Origin: an uncultured Chloroflexia bacterium
Lineage (GTDB): Bacteria > Chloroflexota > Limnocylindria > Limnocylindrales > CSP1-4
Direction: 5' to 3'
NCBI GenBank assembly: GCA_963819655.1
Contig: CAWFXA010000003.1
Coordinates: 512,001 to 576,000 of the forward strand
Length of the DNA: 64,000 bases
Position 1 is the stretch's first letter, and every line of letters starts with the position of its first letter. The position numbers and the translations under genes are program-made. Below are positions 10,414 through 21,517 of the stretch, piece by piece. Under the pieces are notes generated by a model. That model was not told the origin of the DNA and ran no database searches. It saw nothing but the letters and a program-made list of their open reading frames with translations.

Positions 10414-11078
10414 TCGTGCTCGGGATCGACCCGGGGACGGCCGCGCTGGGATACGGGATCGTCGAGTCGACGCGGGGGCGTCTGCGCGCGATCGACTACG
10501 GCTGCCTCGAAACGTCGGCAGACACGGCGATGCCGGATCGGCTACTCGCCGTCCACGCGCTCGTCGACGAGCTGATCGAGTTGCATCGGCCCGTGGTGAT
10601 GGCGGTCGAGCGGCTGTTCTTCTCGCGCAATGCGCAGACCGCATTGGGCGTGGGGCAGGCTCGCGGCGTCGTGCTGCTGGCCGCCGCACAGCGCGGCGTG
10701 CCGGTGCGCGAGGCGACACCGAACGAGGTGAAATCGGCCATCGCAGGCTACGGAGCCGCCGACAAGGACCAGGTCCAGCGCATGGTCCAGGTGGTGCTCG
10801 AGATGGCCGCGGTGCCACGGCCCGATGACGCCGCCGACGCCCTGGCGATCGCCGTGTGGGCGGCGAACAGCGAACGAGCGGGCGCGGCGCATCTTTCGCC
10901 GGTCATGGATCGCTCCGCTGTCGCGCCCATCACCCGGGGAGCGTCGGGCTACGAGCGGGCGGTGCGGGAAGCGCTTGCGCACGAGAAGGCCGTGACCCGG
11001 GGCAAGGCCGTGACCCGAGGCGCGGCGCGGCCTGAGGCGCGAGCCGCCACACGGGCCGCCAAGCGCTCGGCCTCCTAG
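10410..11078 (+). CDS. ruvC: Holliday junction resolvase RuvC, with C-terminal extension
   Basis: [25 protein letters not shown]. Confidence 0.96.
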   Translation: MIVLGIDPGTAALGYGIVESTRGRLRAIDYGCLETSADTAMPDRLLAVHALVDELIELHRPVVMAVERLFFSRNAQTALGVGQARGVVLLAAAQRGVPVREATPNEVKSAIAGYGAADKDQVQRMVQVVLEMAAVPRPDDAADALAIAVWAANSERAGAAHLSPVMDRSAVAPITRGASGYERAVREALAHEKAVTRGKAVTRGAARPEARAATRAAKRSAS

Positions 11079-11087
11079 GGTCGCCCG

Positions 11088-11687
11088 TTGATCGCATCCG
11101 TCGAGGGGGTCGTCGGCGCGATCGCTGCCGATTCGCTGGTCATCGAGGTCGGTGGGATCGGCTATCGCGTGTTCACCGCGCCGTCCGTGCTTGTGGCGGC
11201 AGCGGCGGGCGGGCGGCTGAAGCTCCACACCTACCACCTCGTCCGCGAGGACCAGCAGGCCCTCTACGGGTTTCGGTCCGCCGAGGAGCTCGGGTTCTTC
11301 AACTTGTTGCTGACCGTGACCGGGGTCGGACCGAAGGTCGCGCTCGCGATCGTCGGGTCGCGGCCGACCGCCGATCTGCAGCTCGCGATCATGACCGGCG
11401 ACCAGGCCGTGCTGGTGTCGATCCCGGGCATCGGCAAGAAGCTGGCCGAGCGGGTCATCTTCGAGTTGAAGGAGAAGGTCGCGGCGGCAGGGGTTGCGGC
11501 GGTCGAGGCCGGCGCGGTCGGCACGCCCGGCGGGGCCGAGACCGAAGTGGTCGCTGCCCTGCAGGCGCTCGGGTACTCGCAGGCTGAGGCTCGAGAGGCC
11601 TCACGGACGGCCCTCGCCGACGCCACGATCGGCGGCACGCTCGAGGAGCGCGTCAAGGCGGCGTTGCGGAGCCTGTTGCGCGACTAG
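11088..11687 (+). CDS. ruvA: Holliday junction branch migration protein RuvA
   Basis: GGIGY, VRED...LYGF, GVGPK, PGIGKK. Confidence 0.96.
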   Translation: MIASVEGVVGAIAADSLVIEVGGIGYRVFTAPSVLVAAAAGGRLKLHTYHLVREDQQALYGFRSAEELGFFNLLLTVTGVGPKVALAIVGSRPTADLQLAIMTGDQAVLVSIPGIGKKLAERVIFELKEKVAAAGVAAVEAGAVGTPGGAETEVVAALQALGYSQAEAREASRTALADATIGGTLEERVKAALRSLLRD

Positions 11688-11886
11688 AGCTAGGCGGCGA
11701 CATCCGGGCGCCGCCGGGCCCTTGACCGCGGCGATTCTGTTGGGACCAGACGAACCGGGGCATCGCCGACCGGAACGAGGCGGATCGCGCGTCCGCCACG
11801 CACGGTGGGCGGTTCGCACACCGGGTTCCAGGGCCCTTGTGGGCCTCGTACTGCGGATTCGTATGCTGGGAGCAGAACCCGGCGGC

Positions 11887-12741
11887 TCACGCCGGGATTG
11901 GCACCGCGTTTCCTGACACCCTGACACCGGCTTCGCCATGCACGATCGACACGGTCAGGAGGCTCGGACGGCCCATCTCGACGCCTTGCTGGACCTCGAG
12001 TGTCGCCGGTGCCGTGATCTCGCCCCGCTCGCGCAGGTACGCGCCCAGCGCCGCCGCGGCCGCGCCCGTCGCCGGGTCCTCGACGACGCCGCCGACCGCG
12101 AACGGGTCGCGGGCGCGAAATCGGGTCGGGGTCTCGCGCCAGATCAGCTGGATCGTGGTGAGGTCGTGGTCGAGCATCAGGCGCTGCATGGGGTCGAAGT
12201 CGTACGACATCCGGCCGAGCGTCTCAAGGTCGCGGACCGCGAGGATCAGGTGCTTGACGCCGGCGTACCCGATGGCCGCCGGAAGAGCCGGGTCGAGCTC
12301 ATCGTGCCGCCAGCCCAGCAGGGTAAGCACGCCGTCGACGAGGGCGTCAGGAGCATCGAGCACCCACGGCTCTACCGATGTCAGCGTCGCTCGGGACCGC
12401 CCGTCAGAGTCGATGTCGATGGCGACGTCGACCACGCCATCATTCGTGGTCAGCGCGAGGTTCGCGGGCTCGCGCCGTTCGGCGAGGGCCACGCCGGCCG
12501 CGATCGTCGCGTGGCCGCAGAAAGCGATCTCCGCGAGGGGGCTGAAGTAGCGGACGCGGAACCGGCCAGGCTCGCGCGAGCCGTCGGGGGCGAGGAACGC
12601 AGTTTCGGAATACCCGACATCTGCCGCGATCTGTTGCATCTCGTCGGCCGGCGGCAACACGTCCCCGATCCAGACACCGGCCGGATTGCCGCCGGCGGGG
12701 TCGGTGGTGAACGCGGCGAGTCGGAGGAGCGTCCCGCTCAC
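11887..12741 (-). CDS. PhzF family isomerase/epimerase
   Basis: AFT..GGNPAGV, SETAF, FCGHAT, EDPATG, QGVEMGRPS. Confidence 0.93.
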   Translation of the reverse strand: MSGTLLRLAAFTTDPAGGNPAGVWIGDVLPPADEMQQIAADVGYSETAFLAPDGSREPGRFRVRYFSPLAEIAFCGHATIAAGVALAERREPANLALTTNDGVVDVAIDIDSDGRSRATLTSVEPWVLDAPDALVDGVLTLLGWRHDELDPALPAAIGYAGVKHLILAVRDLETLGRMSYDFDPMQRLMLDHDLTTIQLIWRETPTRFRARDPFAVGGVVEDPATGAAAAALGAYLRERGEITAPATLEVQQGVEMGRPSLLTVSIVHGEAGVRVSGNAVPIPA

Positions 12742-12742
12742 C

Positions 12743-13219
12743 TCACGGGCGACGGCCGGCCAGCGCGTCGGCGTGGATCCCGCGTGGATCGATCGAGGCA
12801 CGCCCCTGTCGTGCGGCCATCTCGGCGAGCGTCTCGCGGTCGAGGATCTCGAGCATCGCGTCACGCACGTCGATCATCACGTCGCGCAGCGGGCAGGTCG
12901 CCTCGTCCGGACAGGAACACCGGCCGTAATACCGCAACGAGACGCACGGGAGCGGCGCCAACGCACCGTCGAGCAGTCGGACGACACGCCCGATCGAGAT
13001 CGTTGTCGGATCCGCGTCGATGGCATAGCCGCCGTGGGCGCCGAGGGTCGTGCGCACGATCCCGCCGTGCTTGAGCGTCGCCATGATCTGCTCGAGGAAC
13101 TTGGTCGGGAGGTTGTTGCGCTGGGCCAGGACGGCGAGCGCAACCGGGGCAGAGCCGTCCTGGCGCACGAGATCGACGAGCGCGCGGAGGCCGTACTCGG
13201 ATCGGCGGGAAAGGCGCAT
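12743..13219 (-). CDS. Rrf2 family transcriptional regulator with Cys cluster
   Basis: MRLSRRSEYGLRAL, GAHGGY, PCVS...CSC...C. Confidence 0.93.
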   Translation of the reverse strand: MRLSRRSEYGLRALVDLVRQDGSAPVALAVLAQRNNLPTKFLEQIMATLKHGGIVRTTLGAHGGYAIDADPTTISIGRVVRLLDGALAPLPCVSLRYYGRCSCPDEATCPLRDVMIDVRDAMLEILDRETLAEMAARQGRASIDPRGIHADALAGRRP

Positions 13220-13452
13220 CGGCGGAATGGTATCCCCGAAGCCCTAGTCGCGTGGTGGGCATTCGGGGAGCGCGACTATGGCGCACCTTTTCGGGCCGAG
13301 CGAGGTTGGAAGGCGTCGTTCGTGCCGACATCCCGACTGCGAAGCGCGCATCCCGGCTGTGGGCACTGACGCGCGGACTTTCGGCTCGAAATCGCGACTG
13401 GCACGCACGTAGGCGCGATCGCCGATTGCCCGGAACCCAACCACACCAGGGT

Positions 13453-13466
13453 AGAACATGTGTGCG
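13453..13466. promoter_or_regulatory. Putative LexA (SOS) box upstream of ruvB
   Basis: AGAAC-ATGT-GTGCG, one mismatch to GAAC-N4-GTTC, just upstream of extended -10 TGcTACCAT. Confidence 0.55.
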
Positions 13467-13499
13467 AAATCCCCGGATGCTGTGCTACCATCGCGCGCG

Positions 13500-14606
13500 A
13501 TGGTCGACGACGCCACGAGCATGCAGATCCTGTCCGCCGAGCTCGACGAGGAGATCGATCCCGTCGTCGAAGGCACTCTCAGACCCAAGTCGCTGGCCGA
13601 GTACATCGGTCAGGCCGAGGTCAAGTCGAACCTGTCGGTCCTGCTCCAGGCGGCCAAGGGCAGGGGAGAGGCCGCCGACCACATCCTGCTGTACGGCCCG
13701 CCCGGCCTTGGCAAGACGACGCTCGCGACGATCGTCGCCCGCGAGCTCGGGGTCAACGTCCGGTACACGTCGGGTCCGGCCATCGAACGGGCCGGCGACC
13801 TGGCCGCGATCCTCACCTCGCTCGAGGAACGCGACGTCCTGTTCATCGACGAGGTCCACCGGCTCAACCGCGCTGTCGAGGAGATCCTGTACCCGGCGAT
13901 GGAGGACTACGCGCTCGACGTGATGATCGGCAAGGGGCCGTCCGCGCGGAGCCTCAGGCTGAGCCTCAAGCCGTTCACGATCGTCGGGGCCACGACGCGT
14001 GCGGGCCGGATCAGCTCCCCGTTGCGTGACCGCTTCGGCGCCACGTACCGGCTCGACTTCTACACCGAGGACGAGCTCGCCCAGATCGTCGACCGCTCGG
14101 CGGAGATCCTCGACGTGCCGATCGACGCCGCCGCCACCCGGGCGATCGCGCGCCGCGGTCGAGGCACGCCACGCATCGTCAATCGACTGCTCAAGCGTGT
14201 CCGCGACAACGCCCAAGTGCACGGCGACGGTCGCGTCCACGAGGAGACCGCGCGCGACGCGATGCGGCGCATGGAGATCGACGACGAGGGGCTCGATTCG
14301 GCCGATCGCAAGCTGCTCGCGGCGATCATCCAGAAGTTCGCGTCGGGCCCGGTCGGGGTCGCCGCGCTCGCGGCGGTGCTGTCCGAGGAGGTCGACACGA
14401 TCGAGGACGTCCACGAGCCGTTCCTGCTGCGGCTCGGGTTCATCGACCGGACACCGCAGGGCCGCATCGCGACCGACCTCGGCCGCGCCCACCTGTCGGC
14501 GCTGGGCTACGAGATCCCGCCACCGCGACGCGCCGAGGCCGGGATGCCCAGCCTGTGGGACGACCCGATCGACCCGATCGACCCGGCCGAGACGGACGAG
14601 GCGTGA
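13500..14606 (+). CDS. ruvB: Holliday junction DNA helicase RuvB
   Basis: LRP...[35 protein letters not shown]. Confidence 0.97.
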   Translation: MVDDATSMQILSAELDEEIDPVVEGTLRPKSLAEYIGQAEVKSNLSVLLQAAKGRGEAADHILLYGPPGLGKTTLATIVARELGVNVRYTSGPAIERAGDLAAILTSLEERDVLFIDEVHRLNRAVEEILYPAMEDYALDVMIGKGPSARSLRLSLKPFTIVGATTRAGRISSPLRDRFGATYRLDFYTEDELAQIVDRSAEILDVPIDAAATRAIARRGRGTPRIVNRLLKRVRDNAQVHGDGRVHEETARDAMRRMEIDDEGLDSADRKLLAAIIQKFASGPVGVAALAAVLSEEVDTIEDVHEPFLLRLGFIDRTPQGRIATDLGRAHLSALGYEIPPPRRAEAGMPSLWDDPIDPIDPAETDEA

Positions 14607-15778
14607 CGGGGCCGTTCGTCTCGTCGTCCGCGCGGTTCGAGGTCACGACGCCTGCTCCGGCCGACGGTTCGACGCGGGCACGGACCGGGCTGCTGACGCT
14701 GGCGCGCGGGTCGGTCGAGACCCCGCAATTCATGCCGGTCGGCACGAACGCGACGGTCAAGGCGCTCGCCCCTGACGACATCAAGGACGCCGGCGCGACG
14801 ATCATCCTCGCCAACACCTATCACCTCTACCTGCGCCCCGGCCACGAGCGGATCGCGAAGCTCGGCGGGCTGCACCGGTTCATGGACTGGGATCGGCCGA
14901 TCCTGACCGACTCGGGCGGGTATCAGGTCGTGTCGCTGGGCGACCTGCGGGTCGTCGATGAGGACGGCGTCACGTTCCGCTCACACCTCGACGGCTCGAT
15001 GCATCGCTTCACCCCCGAACACGCCACGGCGGTCCAGGAGGCGCTCGGCTCGGACGTGGCGGTGGCGTTCGACCAGCCGGTCTACCCGAGCTCACCCCGC
15101 GAGGTCGTCGCCGACGCCACCGCCCGGACGCATCGATGGGCGGAGCGGTCGCTGGCCGCGCATCGGCGTCCGGACCAGGCGATGTTCGGGATCGTCCAGG
15201 GCGGGCTCGATCCGGAGCTGCGCGCGGAGTCGACGCGCTTCATCGCGGCGCTGCCGTTCGACGGCCTGTGTATCGGCGGACTGGCAGGCGACGAGACGCC
15301 GGAGGAACGCGAGGCTGCGCTCGATGTGGCAGTGCCGCTGCTGGCCGACGATCCGCGGCCGCGCTACCTGATGGGTCTCGGTTCGCCGGCTGACCTGCTC
15401 GAGGCGGTCCACCGGGGCATCGACCTGTTCGACAGCGTGCTGCCGGCGCGCGTGGCACGGAATGGCCAGCTGTGGGTGCCAGGCGGACGGCTGAACATGC
15501 GCAACCGGGCGTTCCTCGACGATGGCGGGCCGGTCCAGGAAGACTGCCCGTGCCTCCTGTGCCGACGTTTCTCACGCGCCTACATCGCCCATCTGGTCCG
15601 CGCGAAGGAGCTGCTTGCGTACCGTCTCGCGACTTGTCACAACCTCACCTTCACCCTAGACTTCATGGCCAGGATCCGAGCCTCGATCCGGGCCGGGACC
15701 TTCCCCGCCGAGATGCCCGATCTGCGCTCCCGCGCGGGCCGGATTAGTGGTAGTGAAGTCGCCGAGCAGTCGGCGTGA
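14603..15778 (+). CDS. tgt: tRNA-guanine transglycosylase
   Basis: FMPVGT, NTYHL, TDSGG, GIVQGG, RYLMG, CxCxxC..H zinc site; GTGA overlap with ruvB. Confidence 0.95.
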   Translation: MTGPFVSSSARFEVTTPAPADGSTRARTGLLTLARGSVETPQFMPVGTNATVKALAPDDIKDAGATIILANTYHLYLRPGHERIAKLGGLHRFMDWDRPILTDSGGYQVVSLGDLRVVDEDGVTFRSHLDGSMHRFTPEHATAVQEALGSDVAVAFDQPVYPSSPREVVADATARTHRWAERSLAAHRRPDQAMFGIVQGGLDPELRAESTRFIAALPFDGLCIGGLAGDETPEEREAALDVAVPLLADDPRPRYLMGLGSPADLLEAVHRGIDLFDSVLPARVARNGQLWVPGGRLNMRNRAFLDDGGPVQEDCPCLLCRRFSRAYIAHLVRAKELLAYRLATCHNLTFTLDFMARIRASIRAGTFPAEMPDLRSRAGRISGSEVAEQSA

Positions 15779-15820
15779 AGGATCAGTCGATACGCTGGAT
15801 GACGACGCGGAGGCGACGCG

Positions 15821-15985
15821 ATGGGCTCACGCAATCGACCAGGCAGAGAGGCGAAGAAGAAGCCGAAGGCCAAACTCGCTCAACCGAGTCTGACGCCGCT
15901 CTCGGAACCACCGCAGAACGTCGAGGTGATCCGAAAGCCGCGCAAGGAGAAGCCAGTCGTCGAGGACGACACGGACGAGACCTGA
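15821..15985 (+). CDS. Small basic/acidic protein (54 aa), below ORF-track cutoff
   Basis: GGAGG RBS; MGSRNRPGREAKKKPKAK...VEDDTDET*; fills the tgt-recA gap. Confidence 0.65.
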   Translation: MGSRNRPGREAKKKPKAKLAQPSLTPLSEPPQNVEVIRKPRKEKPVVEDDTDET

Positions 15986-16058
15986 CCGGCCGGACGGACG
16001 CCACCGTGGAAGGCTCCGCTGACGGGATGGACCGATCGATGAGGAGCGTGACGAACGG

Positions 16059-17114
<1,056 letters not shown>

Positions 17115-17237
17115 GTCGCCGCCATGCGGCCCGTCTGCGTCGTTGGGCCCTCCGCTCCGGCACTCACGCACCTTGAGGTGCGCTCGTACCGGTGCTCGGG
17201 CCCGCCTAGCATCCAGACCGCCTGACGCCGACCTACG

Positions 17238-17825
17238 GTGCCGCGTACGCGAGAGTCGTTCGCCGAGCGGCGCGAGCGGCGTGCCGCGGTCGACGACCCT
17301 GATGTCGTCCTGGAAGCGGCCGCCCGGTTTCTGGAGGCGCGGTCCCGGTCCGTCGCGGAGGTTCGTCGCAGGCTGACGACGGCCGGGTACCGAGCCGACC
17401 TCATCGACGGCGCCATTGCCCGGATGACCGAGCTCGGCATGCTCGATGACGAGACGTTCGCGCGAGCCTGGGTCGAGTCGCGCGACCGTGCGCGGCCGCG
17501 CGGCGAGCGGGCGCTGCAGAACGAGCTCCGGCTCAAGGGGATCGATCGCTCGGTCATCGAGCTCGTCCTGGCGGATCGACGCGACCAGCTCACGCCGGCC
17601 GACGACGCCGATGCGGCCCGTGTCGCGCCAGACCGTGCCGCGGCGGATCGGTTGATCGCCAAGCACACCCGGACCCTCGATCGGATCGCGGATCCACGCC
17701 GGCGGCGCGAGCGCGCCTATGCGCTGCTCGCCCGGAATGGGTTCGATCCCGAGACGTGCCGCGAGGTGGCTGCGGCGGTGATCGCGCGCGACACCGAGGA
17801 CCTGGACGGGAGCAGCCCGGACTGA
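17238..17825 (+). CDS. recX: RecX regulatory protein
   Basis: RS..EVRRRL, LDDETFA, ELRLKGI, LARNGF; follows recA. Confidence 0.9.
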   Translation: MPRTRESFAERRERRAAVDDPDVVLEAAARFLEARSRSVAEVRRRLTTAGYRADLIDGAIARMTELGMLDDETFARAWVESRDRARPRGERALQNELRLKGIDRSVIELVLADRRDQLTPADDADAARVAPDRAAADRLIAKHTRTLDRIADPRRRRERAYALLARNGFDPETCREVAAAVIARDTEDLDGSSPD

Positions 17826-18018
17826 CGCTCATTCGCCGAGGCTGGTACGGTGACCGCGGACACCGCATCGGACACCACCCGACCGAGCACGACCGCACCG
17901 GCCCCTGACCATCGTCAGGGTCGTGCGTCGAAGCCGCCGTCGGGATACTCGGTCCCGGTGCTGATCCCGGCGATCGCCGGTGACGTCCCTGACTCCGGGG
18001 GAAGGAGAACAGGACGCG

Positions 18019-18786
18019 GTGTATAGATCCATTCGACCGACCTGGGTGACTGCCACCTGGGTGGCGCTCCTTCTCGTCCTCGTCGCCTTCGCGGCGTCGC
18101 AGGCCAGGCTGCCCCAGGCCCCCCCGACCGGCATGGTCGCGGCGTTCGTCGACGTCAACGGCAACGACATCGACGACTCATGCGAAGACCCGGCGACTGT
18201 CGAAGCCGAAGCCGACCCGGATGCGGAGCAAGCCGCGGCGGAAGCCGTCGACCTTGACGGTGACGGGACGATCTCGGTCTCCGAGGCGGCGCAGAGCGAT
18301 CGCATCGGTGGCAAGAACTGCAACCACGGCGGCTACGTGAGTTGGGTCGCGCACGGATCGTGCCCGGACCCGGCCCCGGCCGAGCCTGTGACCGAACCGG
18401 TTACTGGGCCCGCCCTCGACGCCGCACCGGTGGCTGCTGATCCGTGTGCCGAGGCGCCGGCCGAAGAGCCGACCGCCGAGGCCGCTGCCCCTGTCACGGA
18501 ATGCGTCGAGATCCCGCCGCCGGAGCGCGATCCGGCTCTTGACGAGCAGAAGAACGGCCACGGCAAGTGGGTCTCGACCGTCGCGAAGTCCGACGCGATC
18601 GGTGGGAAGAACTGCAATCACGGCGGGGCCGTGAGCGAGGCCGCCAAGAAGGACAAGGAGGCCGCGAAGGCCGCCCGGGACGCCGCCAAGGCTGAACGGG
18701 ATGCCGCCAAGGCCGAGAAGAAGGCCGCACGCGAGGCCGCCAAGGCGGCCAAGGAGAACGGCAAGGGCAAGTCCAAGAACCACTAA
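18019..18786 (+). CDS. Secreted/anchored hypothetical protein with repeated GGKNCNHGG motif and DxDGDG loops
   Basis: N-terminal hydrophobic helix, internal repeats, Lys/Ala-rich tail. Confidence 0.75.
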   Translation: MYRSIRPTWVTATWVALLLVLVAFAASQARLPQAPPTGMVAAFVDVNGNDIDDSCEDPATVEAEADPDAEQAAAEAVDLDGDGTISVSEAAQSDRIGGKNCNHGGYVSWVAHGSCPDPAPAEPVTEPVTGPALDAAPVAADPCAEAPAEEPTAEAAAPVTECVEIPPPERDPALDEQKNGHGKWVSTVAKSDAIGGKNCNHGGAVSEAAKKDKEAAKAARDAAKAERDAAKAEKKAAREAAKAAKENGKGKSKNH

Positions 18787-18803
18787 GGGCCCCCGCACCA
18801 GAT

Positions 18804-18842
18804 CGACGACGGCGCCGTGCATGCGGCGCCGTCGTCGTGTGT
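18804..18842 (+). terminator. Probable intrinsic terminator
   Basis: CGACGACGGCGCCG...CGGCGCCGTCGTCG 14-bp stem followed by TGTGT (weak U-tract). Confidence 0.6.
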
Positions 18843-18864
18843 GCGGGACACGGCTGGCGGCCGG

Positions 18865-18893
18865 TTGACCCGTCGGAGGCTCGGCCCTACGCT
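18865..18893 (+). promoter_or_regulatory. Sigma70-type promoter upstream of rny leader
   Basis: TTGACC-17bp-TACGCT. Confidence 0.65.
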
Positions 18894-18895
18894 AA

Positions 18896-19095
18896 CCGGA
18901 CGTTCCAGACGCCCATAAACGGGTGTTTCGAACAGAAGCACCGGCCCGATCGCGGCCCAACGAGGGGGCCCGGACTGTCGTACCGACTGTCCGAGACCAG
19001 GCACCGCCATCGTGCGGCGCCCGTACCTCCTCGCCCCCCGTGATCGTGCCTTCGCACACGTGAAACGTCCGGCCGCATGATCCGGTCCGGATGGG
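18896..19095 (+). ncRNA. Structured 5' leader or ncRNA upstream of rny
   Basis: Nested helices found by eye (see findings). Confidence 0.45.
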
Positions 19096-19104
19096 AGGAA
19101 ACCG

Positions 19105-20634
19105 ATGGAGACACCGATCGTGGTGGCGGTGGCGTTGCTGGCCGCCCTCGGCGGAGCGTTGCTCGGCGCCCTGGTTCGAACGATGTGGGCATCGCAGGGC
19201 ATGAAGACCGCGCAGGCGGAAGCCCGCCGCATCGAGGCCGAGGCCCGCACCCGCCAGAAGGAACTGATCCTCGAAGCAAAGGACGAGAAGCTGCGCCTTG
19301 CGCACGAAGGGGAGGAAGAGGCGCGCGTCCGACGCAACGAGCTGACCGCACAGGAGCGCCGCCTGACGCAGCGCGACGAGCAGCTCGACCAGCGGACAGA
19401 GATGCTCGAGCAGCGAGACCGCAAGCTCCTCGATCGTGAGCGGGAGCTCGACAAGGCGAAGGAAGACCTCGTTCGCACGACACAGGAGCAGGTCGTGGCG
19501 TTGGAGCGCGTTTCGGGCATGAGCGCCGACCAGGCGAAGACCATGCTGCTCGACGCAGTCCGTGTCGAAGCCGAGCACGACGCGGTCAAGCTCGCCCGCG
19601 CCATCGAGCGATCCGCACGCGAGGAGGCTCAGGACAGGGCCCGCGACATCGTCCTGACGGCGATGCAGCGCGTCGCCGCCGACCACACGGCCGAGCACAC
19701 GGTGAGCGTCGTCCATCTGCCGTCGGACGAGATGAAGGGCCGGATCATCGGCCGCGAGGGGCGCAACATCCGGGCCCTCGAGCAGGCGACCGGCATCGAC
19801 CTGATCATCGATGACACGCCCGAGACCGTTGTCCTGAGCGGCTTCGACCCCGTGCGCCGCGAAGTGGCGCGCATCGCCATCACCAAGCTCATCGCCGACG
19901 GTCGGATCCACCCCGGTCGCATCGAGGAAGTCGTGGCCAAGGCGCGCGCCGAGGTCGATATCGTCATCCGCCAGGCCGGCGAACAGGCCGCCTACGAGGC
20001 CGGCGTGCCCGGTCTCCCGGCCGAGATCATCAAGCTGCTCGGCCGGTTGAAGTACCGGACCAGCTACGGGCAGAACGTGCTCAACCATGTCGTCGAGACG
20101 AGTCATCTCGCAGCGGTCATCGCCGCGGAGATGGGCGCCGACGTCCAGGTCGCGAAGATGGGTGGCCTGCTGCACGACATCGGCAAGGCGGTCGATCACG
20201 AAGTCGAAGGCCCGCATGCGGCTATCGGCGCCCAGATCGCCCAGCGCCACAACCTGCCGTTCAAGGTGATCAACGGGATCGCTGCCCACCACCAGGAGGT
20301 CGAATACGCCTGCCTGGAAGCCCCGATCGTCCAGGTCGCCGATGCGATCAGTGCGTCGCGGCCGGGTGCCCGCGGCGAGACCATGGACACGTATGTCAAG
20401 CGGCTCGAGGACCTGCAGGCGATCGCCGAGAGCTTCATCGGGGTCGAGAAGTCGTTCGCGGTCCAGGCTGGCCGCGAGGTCCGCATCCTGGTCCGGCCCG
20501 AGGAGATCGACGACTTGACCGCGACCCGCCTCGCCAGGGACGTGGTCAAGAAGATCGAAGAGCAGCTCACCTACCCGGGTCAGATCAAGGTCACGGTCAT
20601 CCGCGAGACCCGGGCCGTGGAGTACGCGAAGTAG
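19105..20634 (+). CDS. rny: Ribonuclease Y
   Basis: N-terminal TM, coiled coil, [15 protein letters not shown] domain, LLHDIGK HD domain. Confidence 0.98.
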   Translation: METPIVVAVALLAALGGALLGALVRTMWASQGMKTAQAEARRIEAEARTRQKELILEAKDEKLRLAHEGEEEARVRRNELTAQERRLTQRDEQLDQRTEMLEQRDRKLLDRERELDKAKEDLVRTTQEQVVALERVSGMSADQAKTMLLDAVRVEAEHDAVKLARAIERSAREEAQDRARDIVLTAMQRVAADHTAEHTVSVVHLPSDEMKGRIIGREGRNIRALEQATGIDLIIDDTPETVVLSGFDPVRREVARIAITKLIADGRIHPGRIEEVVAKARAEVDIVIRQAGEQAAYEAGVPGLPAEIIKLLGRLKYRTSYGQNVLNHVVETSHLAAVIAAEMGADVQVAKMGGLLHDIGKAVDHEVEGPHAAIGAQIAQRHNLPFKVINGIAAHHQEVEYACLEAPIVQVADAISASRPGARGETMDTYVKRLEDLQAIAESFIGVEKSFAVQAGREVRILVRPEEIDDLTATRLARDVVKKIEEQLTYPGQIKVTVIRETRAVEYAK

Positions 20635-20648
20635 ACACGTCCGCCGCC

Positions 20649-21507
20649 GTGGGGCGGACGCGCCTCGGGAACGTCGCGAACGGCGACGCGCCTCGGCCGA
20701 AGGGCGCCTGCCGCGTGCTGATGATCGGCGACATGATCGGCAAGCCCGGCCGTCAGGCCGTCGAGCGGCTCGTCCCCGAGCTGCGTGAGGCACGCGGCAT
20801 CGACTTCGTCACGGCCAACGGCGAGAACGTCGCGGGCGGGATGGGGCTGACTCCGTCGACCGCCGACGCGATCCTGGCCGCCGGCGTCGATGTCATCACG
20901 TCGGGCAACCACATCTGGGACAAGAAGGAGATCTACCCGTATCTCGAGTCGAACGAGCGGGTGCTCCGCCCGCACAACTACGGCACCCACGAGGTCCCCG
21001 GGCGGGGTTGGGGCACGTTCGACGCGCTCGATGGCTCGCACGTCGCGGTCATCAACTTGCAGGGCCGCACCTACATGCAGCCCATCGAGAACCCGTTCAC
21101 CGACGCCGATACGCTGCTCGATGAGGCGTCCTCGCCCGAGCCGCTGCCGCCGATCCGACTGGTCGACTTTCATTGCGAGCTGACGTCGGAGAAGAACGCG
21201 CTCGGGCTGTACCTGGACGGGCGCGTCAGCGTGGTCGTGGGAACCCATACGCACGTCGTCACCGGCGACGAGCGGATCCTGCCGGGTGGCACCGCCTACC
21301 AGACGGACCTCGGCATGACCGGCCCGGTCTGGAGCGTCATCGGGTTCGACCCGACGACGGTCCTGCCGCGGTTCATCAATGCGCTCCCGACGCGGTTCGA
21401 GGTGGGCGACGGTCCGGTCGTGTTCAACGCGACGCAGGTCGACATCGACCCGGCGACGGGCCGGGCCCTGGCCATCGAGCGGATCCAGCAGCTCGTGAGA
21501 GCCGTAG
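20649..21507 (+). CDS. ymdB: YmdB-family metallophosphoesterase (3' end apparently frameshifted)
   Basis: IGDMIG, NGEN, GNHIWD, DFHCE, GTHTH, TDLGMTG; likely stop TAG at 21505-21507. Confidence 0.92.
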
Positions 21508-21517
21508 TACGACGTCG

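Noticed and set aside
10986-11021. 18-bp tandem repeat in the ruvC tail (and 9-bp repeats in the ruvB tail at 14562-14588)
   Set aside because: Short in-frame low-complexity duplications with no array structure
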